Under the pieces are notes generated by a model that had not been told where the DNA came from, searched no databases, and saw only the letters and a list, made by a program, of their open reading frames with translations. Positions 23,480 through 35,057 of a stretch of DNA of 64,000 nt are shown here, one piece after another. Numbering within the stretch: position 1 is the stretch's first letter; every line of letters starts with the position of its first letter. The translations under genes and the position numbers were made by a program. Source of the stretch: Phyllobates terribilis (taxonomy: Eukaryota); assembly GCF_046119375.1 (NCBI RefSeq), contig NW_027362764.1, positions 747,534,001 through 747,598,000 on the forward strand, in the 5' to 3' direction.

Positions 23480-25630
23480 ATTATACATTACATAGGGGAG
23501 ACCGAGACTGCTGTATACATCACATAGGAGACACTGGTACTGTGACATAGACATCACAGGAGACATGGGGCTGCGGCATAGAAATCAAAGGAGACATGGG
23601 GCTGCGGAAAAGAAATCACAGGAGACATGGGGCTGCGGAAAAGACATCACAGGAGACATGGGGCTGTGTTATACACATAACAGGAGACATGGGGCTGTGG
23701 CATAGACATCACAGGAGACATGGGGCTGCGGCACAGACATCACAGGAGACATGGGGCTGTGGCATATACATCACAGGAGACATGGGGCTGTGGCATATAC
23801 ATCACAAGAGACATGGGGCTGCGGCATAGATGTGAGACGCTCGCAGCCCTACCCTGGGAAGATGGGGGGATACTTGGAGCCGGGTCAGATGTTTGGTGGG
23901 GTTGTAGCCGTAGCCGTCACATTAAAAAGGGTGGTACGGACTATCAGGGTTGAGTGGTTGCTATCGACTACGCCACCTGTGGTACCTGGTGAAGGCCACC
24001 AGCGCTGCTGCAGTCCTCTGAGGCGGGGTGTTGTGGCAGCCGACGTTGATACTACTCCCCACAGGCGGAGCAGGGCCTCAGGGCAGAGACGAGGACGGAG
24101 GGAGTCGTAGTGGAGGAGGTCTGGTGCTCTGCGATGCGGTGCAGAAATAAAGAGTCCAGAGGCCATAGGGGTTGACTTCCAGGGTTTTTACTCACGGCAG
24201 AGCATGCAGCTGCAAGGATTTTCCCTGATCCTCACAGAGTTCTGCGGTCACCAGGAATGGGGGTCCGACAACCTCCGAGTAATTCAAGTGCTTGATCAGG
24301 ACCCCGCACCAGAGTGTTCCTAGACTTCAGACTGAGTCCTCTCCTGTCTGTGTGTGTAGAAAGGCCGGGTCTCCCTCTGGACTACGCTCAGAACAAGGGT
24401 ACGGGTGGCGACTCCGCTCCTTCCGTTACCCGGTGGGATCCTCTGTGCCTGCCGGGCTTCCCTGACTAGGACGTAGAGTAGCAAAGTCAGGTGTCGGGGG
24501 CCGGTACCCCTCTTGCAGCCGGAATCCCTCTGACTAGGCCAGAATAGCGAGCACAGGTGGCGTATACCGCTCCATCTGCATCCCCCTGGGATCCTTTTGC
24601 GATGGACCTTGACCGGGATGAGACAGCCGTTAACTCAAACCCGCTCCTCGACTCAAGGCCAGAGTACGAGGACCGTGTCTCCATCAACTGCAGGTTCACA
24701 CAGAAAGCCACATTCAGTGATGAAGATCACAATCAAAAGACCATGAGCCCAAGATGGCTGTTTATTAAATCTGAATTATTAAGTGTAACCTAAATGTGCG
24801 TCCTCCACCCTCACCCTCTACATGGTTCCCCCTAACTTTTGGTTCCCCAGTCTCCCATTATCCCGGGAGGGGCAGCACACTGGTGCCTATTAGCCCCCCC
24901 TATCGGTGGAAGAAGTGTGGTGTTGGATGTAGAGGTGGGGTCCTGACCATTGCACCGTTCTTACCTCGAAGGAGGGATACCACACCCCATTGAAGAGGTG
25001 CAGCATCCCTGTGGCGGTCGAACCCTCAGGGGCGCCACATAGACATCACAGGAAACATAGGGCTGTAGCATAGACATTAGAGGAGACATGGGGCTCTGGC
25101 ATAGACATCGCAGGAGACATGGGGCTGCGGCATAGACATCACAGGAGACATGGGGCTGTGGCATATACATCACAAGAGACATGGAGCTGCGGCATAGACA
25201 TCACAGGAAACAGGGCTGTAGCATAGACATTAGAGGAGACATGGGGCTGTGGCATAGACATTAGAGGAGACATGGGGCTGTGGCATAGACATTAAAGGAG
25301 ACATGGCTATGGTATAGACATCACAGGAGACATGGAGCTGGGGCATAGACATTACAGGACACACCGGGGTGTGGCATAGACATCACAGGAGACATGCCGC
25401 TGCGGCATAGACATCACAGGAGACATAAAGCTGCAGTATAGACATCACAGGAGACATGGGGCTGCGGTATAGACATCACAGGAGATACTGAGGTGGCGGC
25501 ATATACATCACAGGAGACATGGGGCTGCTGCATAGACATCACAAGAGACATGAAGCTGCAGTATAGACATCACAGGAGACATGAAGCTGCAGTATGGACA
25601 TCAAAGGAAATACTGGGGCTGCGGCATATA
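23480..25630. repeat. 31-bp minisatellite (CATAGACATCACAGGAGACATGGGGCTGCGG)n, split by the solo LTR at 23831-25039
   Basis: Direct reading; the array resumes on both sides of the LTR and briefly after the Tc1 at 27281. Confidence 0.9.
23831..25039 (-). mobile_element. Solo LTR, related subfamily B
   Basis: Reverse complement TGTGGCGCCCCTGAGG...GCGTCTCACA; TSD TAGA at 23827-23830 and 25040-25043. Confidence 0.9.
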
Positions 25631-27280
25631 CAGTTATATGAAAAAGTTTGGGCACCCCTATTAATCTTAAGCTTAATGTTTTATAAAAATTGGTGTTTTT
25701 GCAACAGCTATTTCAGTTTGATATATGTAATAACTGTTGGACACAGTAATGTTTCTGCCTTGAAATGAGGTTTATTGTACTAACAGAAAATGTGCAATCT
25801 GCATTCAAACAAAATTTGACAGGTGCATAAGTATGGGCACCTCACCAGAAAAGTGACATTAATATTTAGTAGATCCTCCTTTTGCAAAAATAACAGCTTC
25901 TAGTCGCTTCCTGTAGCTTTTAATGATTTCCTGGATCCTGGATAAAGGTATTTTTGACCATTCCTCTTTACAAAACAATTCCAGTTCAGTTAAGTTTGAT
26001 GGTCGCCGAGCATAGACAGCCCTCTTCAAATGATCCCACAGATGTTCAATGATATTCAGGTCTGGGGACTGGGATGGCCATTCCAGAACATTGTAATTGT
26101 TCCCCTGCATGAATGCCTGAGTAGATTTGGAGCGGTGTTTTGGATCATTGTCTTGCTGAAAGATCCATCCCCTGCGTAACTTCAACTTTATCACTGATTC
26201 TTGAACATTATTGTCAAGAATCTGCTGATACTGAGTGGAATCCATGTGTCCCTCAACTTTAACAAGATTCCCAGTGCCGGCATTGGCCACACAGCCCCAA
26301 AGCATGATGGAACCTCCACCAAATTTTACTGTGGGTAGCAAGTGTTTTTCTTGAAATGCTGTGTTTTTTTGCCACCATGCATAACGCCTTTTTGTATGAC
26401 CAAACAACTCAATCTTGGTTTCATCAGTCCACAGGACATTCTTCCAAAAAGAAATTGGCTTCTCCAAATGTGCTTTTGCATACCTCAGCCGACTCTGTTT
26501 GAGGCGTGCTTGCAGAAACGGCTTCTTTCGCATCACTCTCCCATACAGCTTCTCCTTGTGCAAAGTGCGTTGTATAGTTGACCGATGCACAGTGACACCA
26601 TCTGCAGCAAGTTGATGCTGCAGCTCTCTGGAGGTGGTCTGAGGATTGTCCTTGACTGATCTCACCATTCTTCTTCTCTGCCTTTCTGATGTTTTTCTTG
26701 GCCTGCCACTTCTGGCCTTAACAAGAACTGTACCTGTGTTCTTCCATTTCCTTACTATGTTCCTCACAGTGGAAACTGACAGGTTAAATCTCTGAGACAG
26801 CTTTTTGTATCCTTCCCCTGAACAACTATGTTGAATAATCTTTGTTTTCAGATCATTTGACAGTTGTTTTGAGGAGCCCATGATGCCACTCTTCAGAGGA
26901 GATTCAAACAGGAGAACAACTTGCAAGTGGCCACTTTAAGTAGCTTTTCTCATGATTGCATACACCTGGCTATGAAGTTCAAAGCTCAATGAGGTTACAA
27001 AACCAAAAAAAGTGCTTTAGTAAGTCAGTAAAAAGTAGGTAGGAGTATTTAAAACAAGAAAATGATAAGGGTGCCCATACTTATGCACCTGTCAAATTTT
27101 GTTTGAATGCAGATTGCACATTTTCTGTTAGTACAATAAACCTCATTTCAAGGCAGAAACATTACTGTGTCCAACAGTTATTACATATATCAAACTGAAA
27201 TAGCTGTTGCAAAAACACCAATTTTTATAAAACATTAAGCTTAAGATTAATAGGGGTGCCCAAACTTTTTCATATAACTG
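25631..27280 (-). mobile_element. Tc1-family IR/DR-type transposon, full length (1650 bp), 211-bp TIRs
   Basis: TIRs 25631-25841 and 27070-27280 look identical by eye; inner repeat of the GGGCACC motif; flanks TA / CA. Confidence 0.95.
25859..26881 (-). CDS. Tc1 DD34E transposase, apparently intact (340 aa)
   Basis: MGSSKQLSNDLK..., GRPRK, WTDETK, QQDNDPKH, then 34 residues to SPDLNIIE. Confidence 0.92.
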   Translation of the reverse strand: MGSSKQLSNDLKTKIIQHSCSGEGYKKLSQRFNLSVSTVRNIVRKWKNTGTVLVKARSGRPRKTSERQRRRMVRSVKDNPQTTSRELQHQLAADGVTVHRSTIQRTLHKEKLYGRVMRKKPFLQARLKQSRLRYAKAHLEKPISFWKNVLWTDETKIELFGHTKRRYAWWQKNTAFQEKHLLPTVKFGGGSIMLWGCVANAGTGNLVKVEGHMDSTQYQQILDNNVQESVIKLKLRRGWIFQQDNDPKHRSKSTQAFMQGNNYNVLEWPSQSPDLNIIEHLWDHLKRAVYARRPSNLTELELFCKEEWSKIPLSRIQEIIKSYRKRLEAVIFAKGGSTKY

Positions 27281-27720
27281 CACATCACAGGAGACTCTGC
27301 TGTCTTCTACTGAGAGACAGGAGTGCATCATGAGCTAACTCCACCGACAAAGTACATACTGACGCTGGCCAGCGTGAGGACGTAATCTTTCATTGCACAC
27401 GCCGCAGCTTTCAGTAGTGAATGCTGAGTGCACATACTCACAGAGTAAGAAGAAATTAAGAGCCTGAGTTGCGTTTTTTTAAAAGGCCGGCAGCACTGCA
27501 GTCCCCGGGAATCTGCCAAGCGGCCAGAGAAAAAGTCATTACTTGCTCATGGAACTGAGGTTCCCCGTCTCTGCCTTAGAGCTATGCCCTGCTATATTTC
27601 ACTCTAAGTATGGAGAAGATATTGAGAGGATGGACTTGTCAGCTAATCCTATCTCTCCTCCTTTTGCTGAAGTCACATAAAGCTCAGATCTTTCCACTTG
27701 ACCAGCAAACCCATTGGAAG

Positions 27721-28989
27721 TGTGACGCTCACAGCCCTCACCCTGGGAAGTGGGGTTACTCGGAGCCGGGTCAGATGTTGGGGGCTGCAGTCGTGGCCCG
27801 GACCCGGTCCGTGCCCAGGGCGGTCACATAAAAGATTTGATGGGCTTTCAGGGTTGAGTGGTATTTTTACGACTACGCCACCTACGGTTCCCGGTGATGG
27901 ACACCGGCGCTGTTTCAGTCCACTGAGGCCGGTGTTACGGAAAGCTAAGATGGGACGGCTCCCCGCAGGCGGAGCAGGCCTCAGGGCAGTGTGAGGAGGG
28001 AATCGTGGGTGCAGTGCCGCGCAGGAAATAACAGGCTGAAGCGGATTGTGAAGTCATCCAGGGTTTTTACTCACATTCAGATGAACTTTAGCCGCAAAGC
28101 TTCCCTCTGCTCCTCGCGGCATGCTGCGGCCACCAGGAAGGGTGTCCAGCACTTTCCAGATAAATCAGGAGCACCTGTCGAGACCCCTCTGGTGTGTGTT
28201 CCTCTCCTAGGTGAGTTCTCCCACTAAGTCTTCACTTGACTGTTTGTGTGGTTAGAACTAGGTGTAAGGCCGGGTCCCACTGAATAAAACGCAGGTAGAG
28301 AGCTACAGGTGGCGTATGCCGCTCCGTCCGTATCCCTCCTGGGATCCACTAAGCCTCCGGGATTCTCTGACTGAGACGTGAAGTAGCAAAGTCAGATATC
28401 GGGGGCCGGTCACCCCTCTTGCAGCAGGAATCCCTCTGACTATGCCAGAGTAAGAAATACAGGTGGCGTATGCCGCTCCGTCCGTATTCACCAGGGATCC
28501 TTTTGCCTGTGGAGCTTGTCTCCTCTACTCCCCTCCATGCCTTCTTAGGTAGGGACCATGACCGGGTAGAGGCAGTGGTTAACTCTGACCCGCTCCTCGC
28601 CTCAAGGCCAGAGAACGAGGACCGTGTATCTTCAATAGGCTGCAGGTTCTAACAGAAGGCCACAATCAGTGATGAAGATCACAATCAAAGACCTTGAACC
28701 TAAGATGGCTGTAGATTAAATATGAATGGGTAAGTGTACCCTAAAAGTGTGATTTCCACCCTCACCAACTACATGGTTCCCCCTATCTTTTGGTTCCCCC
28801 CATCTCCTATATCCCGGGACGAGGCAGCACCCTGGTGCATTTAGGCCCCCTACAGGACAGGAGTGGTGTAGTGTTGAATGATGAAGTAGGGTCCTGAGAA
28901 GTGCTCCATCCTTACCTGGAAGAGGAGATACCACACCTCAAACTGAGGTGCAGTACCCCTGTGGCGACTGAACCCTCAGGGGCGCCACA
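27721..28989 (-). mobile_element. Solo LTR, related subfamily B
   Basis: Reverse complement TGTGGCGCCCCTGAGG...GCGTCACA; TSD GAAG at 27717-27720 and 28990-28993. Confidence 0.92.
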
Positions 28990-29639
28990 GAAGCAGAATG
29001 GTTTTCACTGTTGGCCTCATAGTCCACTAAAGGCTAAAGGGGTTAATTGCAAAAAAGGAAGACATTTTTTGGTGCAATATAGCTGATTCATGGAACATAA
29101 AGATTTCTATTGTTATGGTTGGGCATAGATGGTCCTCATCTAGGGTTGGAATAACCCACATGGAGACCCTCTGGTGGACTCTGACTATAAGACAATCATG
29201 AACCCCAAAGCCCAATTACCAATACTTGACATTAGGGTCTATTCAGTATCGGTTAAATGTCAAAAACCTATTAGACTATACTGATGATATTTCCTATGAC
29301 TGCAAACATCATTATACCATTACAGGTGGACTTGTATGTGTTCTGTATAGATGGATGGTGGCTCTCAATGTCATTCCCTGAGGTGGACTCAACAAACCTA
29401 CGTCCTAAGCTGTCCTCATCGTTCCATCTCTTTGTCTTCTTAGCAGGAGTTGCCAGTATAATGGATAGCTGAAATCATAATGTAAAACCCCAGAAAATGT
29501 ACAATTTCCTCTATCCATTAATCCTTCCAGTCGATTGCAAACAAATGAGGGTGATTATCGCTACAATAACATCTCTTCTTACTCTACACCGGCTGTCTTC
29601 ACATTAATATACTTTTTTACTGCTACTTTTTCAACTGGA

Positions 29640-31810
29640 ATTATCGTCAAAAAGTCACCTGACAGCTCTTTGGGTAATAAAAGTGAAATATTTCTATTAT
29701 CACTGGAACGAGATTTTTTTTTTAGATGATCACCAAGGGAGATTTTCTTAGAAAGAGGAAAATTATCTACCTAAGGTTTGCTACTAGCTGTGTAAAGTGG
29801 CACCAGGGGCAATGGAGGTCCTACTAAGTATGTGGAAGGCAAATTTAACATGTAAGAAAAATTATGTTTGTGTGAGTTCAAATGAAGTTCATATTTAATA
29901 TTCATTTTTGAAATTTTTTAGAATTCAAATTTACAAAAAAAAAATTAAACAAAGAATTGAAGAAAAAAACATAAAATGATCTTAGAAAACGGTAAATTAC
30001 TTCCCTGTATGTTGATTGTACTTTAATGTCATTCTACCCCAATCTAGAAATTAGTTAAAAATGATTGAAATAGTTTTCATTTTTCTCTTTACAATTATCA
30101 TCCAAAAGTCACCTGACAGCTCTTTGGGTATTTCAAGGAAAATATTTCTATCATGCACTTTTTATTTTAGATGATCATCTAGGGAGATTTTCTGAAAAAT
30201 AATCTACTCCAAGGTTTGTAACTGGCCATGTTAAATCCCACTGGAGTGAAATGAGTTCCTACTAAGTATGTGTAAGACAAGCTTAATATATAAGAAACAT
30301 TATGTTTATATGAGATCAAATAAAGTTCATATTTATTGTAAGATTTTGTCATTTTTTAGAATTCAAACATAAAAAATGTTTAAACTAAGAACTGAAGTAA
30401 AAAAATGAAATATTATAAATCGGTCAATTACTTCCCCATAGTTTGATTTAGCTTAATGTAACTCTTCCCCAATGTAGTAATTAGTTAGAAATAACTCAAA
30501 TTGTCTACATATCTTCCTATTTTTCCCATGCAATTACCATCCAAAAGTCAACCGACAGCTCCCTAGGTAACAAAAAGTTAAATATTTCTATTATGCCTGG
30601 AAAGAAATCTTTTTTTGAGATGATCACCAAGGGAGATTTTCTCATAAAGAGGGAAAATTAGCTACTCAAGGTTTGTTACTGACCGTGTAAAATGCCACCG
30701 AGGTCAATAGAAGTCCTACTAAGTATGCTCAAGGCAAAGCTTAGCATATAAGAAACATGATGTTTAAAAAAGTTCAAATACAAGTCGTATTTATTGTAAG
30801 TTTTTGAATTTTTTTAGAATTTTAAATTGAGAACTGAATAAAAGACATTAAATTATATTTTATAATGGTTAGTTACGGTACTTCCCTATAGTTTAAATTT
30901 ACTCTAATGTCATTCTATCCCAATTAGTAATTAGTTAGAAATTGTTAAGATTATCTTCGTATCTTCATATTTCCCCAGACAATGATCATCCAAAACTCAT
31001 CCGATAGCTCTTTAGGTAACAAAGATCTTTTTTTAAGACGATAACGAAAGGAGATTTTCTAAGAAAGAGAGAAATTAACTACCCAAAGTTTGTTGCTTAC
31101 CATGTCAAATGCCACCAATGGAGGTCCTACTAAGTATGTGGAAGGCAAGCTTAACATGTAAGGAAAAATGATGTTTGTATGAAGTCAAATAAAGTTAATT
31201 TTCATCGTAAATTTTGAAAATTTATTAGAATTCAAGTTAAAAAAAAAAATTCAAATTTAGAATTGAGGTAAAAAAAACATGAAATGGTATTAGAAAACAG
31301 TCAATTAATTCTCCATGGGTTGATTGTACTTTAATGTAGAAATTAGTTAGCACTGACTAAAATAGTCTTCATATTTCCCCATACAATTATCATCCAAAAA
31401 TATCCAACAGCTCTTTGGGTAACAAAAAGTAAAACATTTCTATTATACCTGGAAAGAGATCATTTTTTGAGAGGATCAACAAGGGAAGAAAGAGGAAAAT
31501 GAACTCCCCAATATTTGTTACTGACTGTGTAAAATGCTTTCAAGCTCAATGGAGGTCCTACTAGGTATGGGCAAGACAAGCTTAATATATAAGAAACATG
31601 ATGTTTATATAAATTAAAATGCAAGTCATATTTATTGTAACTTTAAATTAATTTTTTAGAATTTAAAAAAAAAATCAGACTAAGAACTGAAGGAAAAACA
31701 TGAAATGATATTATAAAACAGTCAATTACTTCCCCATAGTTTGATTTGATTTTAATGTCATTCTACCCCAATGTAGTAATTAGTTAGAAATGACAGAAAT
31801 TATGTTCATA
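29640..31810. repeat. Old AT-rich tandem array, ~5 units of ~400-455 bp
   Basis: CATCCAAAAGTCACCTGACAGCTCTTTGGGTA-like blocks at ~29645, 30100, 30538, 30987 and 31391, each followed by AGATGATCACCAAGGGAGA-like and GGAGGTCCTACTAAGTATG-like blocks. Confidence 0.85.
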
Positions 31811-32782
31811 TTTTCCTTTACTGACTTAATTATGTGACCTAAATGTAATGATAATTGGAATTTATTGTCCTGGGAGATTTGTCGCATGGACTGGCAGATT
31901 GTCCTCAGCCTAGTTATGATCTAACATCATAACTGTTTCTGAAATTACATGAAAATCTGCTGTTTAGAATAAGAAGGCAGCAAAATGGCCTGAAAATTGT
32001 CGTCAAGGCCATGCAAATTTGATTTCCAGGTTGCCTCACTTGGCCAAATGTTTAAGAGATACTACTTTTTTGTCCTGGTTGGAGCCATCGACAACAGATC
32101 ATTCCTGCTGGTCAGATTTCTCCAGTGGCTCTCGGGTCTCGGAAAAAGGAAGATACGTAGGATCGGCCTATGGTTGGTGGTCCATAAATAAGTTTCTTCT
32201 CAGTGGTACAGTAAAGTAGTGGGAGAGGAACAAGTCCATTATTTTTAAGGCTCACTCTGTTATAGTGGGTAGTGAGTAGTGTTGAGCCACCCCCGTAGTG
32301 TTCGAGTTCGGTTCGGTTCGTCGAACACCCGTGTGTTCGCCGAACTGTTCGTCGAACTGTTCGTCGAACACCTTCGAACACCGTTAAAACCAATGGCAGG
32401 CAAACAAAAACACATAGAAACACATAGAAAACACCTTCAAAGGTGTCCAAAAGCTGACAAACTGCTCAGAAGACACAACTAACACATGGAAAAGTGACAA
32501 GTACATATAGTCATGCGAAAAGAAAAGAGGTGGAGGAGTAAAAGGAGGGGGAGACACAGATATAGGCATGTCATGCCCTTCTAAAATCCAAAAAGTGAGA
32601 AGCCGACACGTTCAGTCCGCTCCTGCCCGTGCCACCTCCATGTCGCCAGGTTTGTGCCAGAGCCGCGGTGAACCCTGACGGCCAGCCCCCCTCTCCCAAT
32701 ACTGGTGCCTGTCCGCTGGTGGGTCGAGCGAGCCCCCCTGTGGTGGAGGCAGCTCTAAGCTTTTTAATTTAAATTGTCTCTC

Positions 32783-33057
32783 TAATTTGAATGAATACAC
32801 TTTAAATCCATTTACAAGGATCTATTGGAGGGCAAGTCTCATGCCAGCAGCCGCGTAATTCCAGCTCCAGTAGCGTCCACTAAAGCTGCTGCAGTTAAAA
32901 AGCTTTTATAAGGATCGAGCTCGGCTGTCCACCGCAAGGCATCCTACTGCTGCCAGTCCCAACCCCTATGCCTTGGGGTGCTTCCTGATGCTCTTCACTG
33001 AGTATCCCGTGGTCCCGAAGCATTTCCTTTGAAAAAATTAAGTGTCCAAACTACAGG
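32783..33057 (+). pseudogene. 18S rRNA-derived fragment (helix 18 / 530 loop through V4) inside the hAT element
   Basis: GGAGGGCAAGTCT..TGCCAGCAGCCGCG.TAATTCCAGCTCC.TAGCGT...TGCAGTTAAAAAGCT, and later CCCGAAGC..TT.CTTTGAAAAAATTA, collinear with vertebrate 18S as recalled. Not a functional rRNA gene. Confidence 0.85.
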
Positions 33058-33164
33058 TGGTGTAGCTTGCTTAACAGCCGGGATAATCCGCTGACTAGCA
33101 GACACTGCTACTAGGCACAAAGTATTTCCTGGGCTAGATGCAGTTAAAAATTTGTAATTAGATA

Positions 33165-34985
33165 CTCTCGTTGGATGCTGAGAAAGCATTCCATAGAGTC
33201 TCCTGGCACGCCATATATGATTCTCTTAAAAAGCTTGGGGTAGGGGTCTAGGGGACCCTTTTATAGCCAAAATCACGGCCCTGTATCACAATACGTCACC
33301 TAGGCTGAAGATAAATGGAACTGTAGCACCCTGAGGGCTCGGTTGCTACAGAGGTATTGCACCTCACCCAGAGGTGTGATATCTCACTCTCAGGTAAGGA
33401 TGGAGTATGGATCAGGACCCGACACCTGCATGCATTACACCACATTGCCATGGGGCAGGGCGACCAATATGCCTCTGAGATGGGCACGACAGTCCCTGTC
33501 CCTGGCTGGAGTGGGGGGAGGGAACACTGAGGAAGGGGAACCCTGTAGTGCAGGAGCAGGGAGGAAGCAGTTCCTGGGTGCATTGAGAAGGGAGTATAAA
33601 AGGTGGGCACCGTCTTAGTTCAGTGCAGAGAAGTCTGAGCAGAAGTGGCAGGGAGCAGGGGCTCTGCATGAGCTCTGCTCCGGAGGCGGGCCTAGTAACA
33701 GAGGCCCAGGCCTGGAAGAGGGAGAAGGAAGGAAGAGGAGCAGAGAAGGCTCCAGGAACGAGGAATGAAGGGATCCCAGGGGTGCGGACGGGCGAGTCAC
33801 CACCGCACGCCCGAATCCACCTGCGTGGAGGGGTCAGGCCAAAGGGGGAGACCGGTCCCTGAAACTAGTGGAGTCAGGAAACGACCCTCAGCTAGAAACC
33901 GGAGGCTGTGACATTTTATGTGGCGCAGCCCCTCGCTACACCCGCTAGGAAGGCACCACATAGGGTCAGGGAAACTAGCGCCAAGTTTACCAAGAGGAGG
34001 CCCGAGGCAGCCGGACAGAAGGGTTGGTAAGAAAGGCCAGACAAAGGACACACAAAGGGGGTCCTGTGAAGCGCTCCAAAGTTATCTGGGAGTTGTCTGA
34101 GCCCCTCACCTGGTGAGCACAGTACGACGTGGGCAGCCGTTACCTGCAGACGTGGTCTGGATAATAAGAACTGTGAGTAAAGGCCCTGGACTGCATCACT
34201 GACTCCGTGTCGTTACTGCTGCTGCCCTGCACCATCACCCCCATCCTCCGCATACACTGCCCTGAGGCTATACTCCTCCCGTGGGGAGTTATGCTACGCT
34301 CTGCTGCACCCACAACACCAGCCTCAGCGGTCTGCCCTGCAGCGGCGGTTCACTCTGACCGCAATCCACGGGTGGCGTAGTCGGACATTTAAACATCAAA
34401 ACCACATAAATAGTTCCGCCACTGGTTTGACCACCCTGAGCCACGGAACCGGGTCGCCGCCACGAAGACTACAACCACCAGCATCCACCAAAAAGGGTCC
34501 GGCTCCGGGTGTCCCAAGGCCCAGGGGGTGCATCAGAACATTTTCATCACCTTTCACAATCACCAATGGGACAAGGCAGGGATGTCCTCTGTCCCCTCTC
34601 TTATACATCCTAGTGACGGAGCACCTGCTCTCATCAATTCGCCATAACCCCAATATTAGGTGGATTGAGGTGGGAGGCACCGAGTACAAGTGCTCTCTAT
34701 TTGCTGATGATGTCCTAGTATATATCACTCAATCACATATATCCATCCATGCTGTTATGGCTGAAATAGATCACTTTGTTACATGGTCAAATTTTAAAAT
34801 CAATGCAGCGAAGTCTGAGGCCCTCGATGTCTCCCTCCCCAAATCCATATAGGATTCCAACCAGTCCAACTTTCCCTTTGCCTGGCCCTCACAGGGTATC
34901 AAATACTTAGGAATTCCTATTCATAGAGACCTCTCCCATCTATGTTATCTTAATTTTGGGCCCTTTATTGAACAACTCCATACAG
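33165..34985 (+). pseudogene. L1/Tx1-type reverse transcriptase fragment, interrupted by a solo LTR
   Basis: SLDAEKAFHRVSW...LKINGT|FSSPFTITNGTRQGCPLSPLLY...LFADDVL...KYLGI. Confidence 0.85.
33322..34535 (+). mobile_element. Solo LTR, CSD-element-related (A-like)
   Basis: TGTAGCACCCTGAGG...GGGGGTGCATCA; TSD GAAC at 33318-33321 and 34536-34539; removing it restores the L1 RT frame. Confidence 0.92.
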
Positions 34986-35057
34986 ACCACGGTTGGCAAG
35001 TTAGAACTGTAAGATTCACTACGTGAACCACTGGTGTTTTGTGGAAAAGCACATGTA

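Larger units (their letters stand above)
21573..27573. mobile_element. Non-autonomous hAT element hosting two Tc1 copies, a solo LTR and a 31-bp satellite
   Basis: Imperfect TIRs CAGGGGAAAGGAACCT / CAGAGACGGGGAACCT; flanks ctttagag / ccttagag (7 of 8 match); the right part is homologous to the 10309 MITE. Confidence 0.6.

Noticed and set aside
23596-23953. His/Arg-rich ORFs (HRHHRRHG), also 24961-25768
   Set aside because: Translations of the 31-bp minisatellite.
32783-33057. Functional 18S rRNA gene
   Set aside because: Only ~275 bp, with substitutions in invariant positions and no flanking rDNA; reported as a captured fragment.
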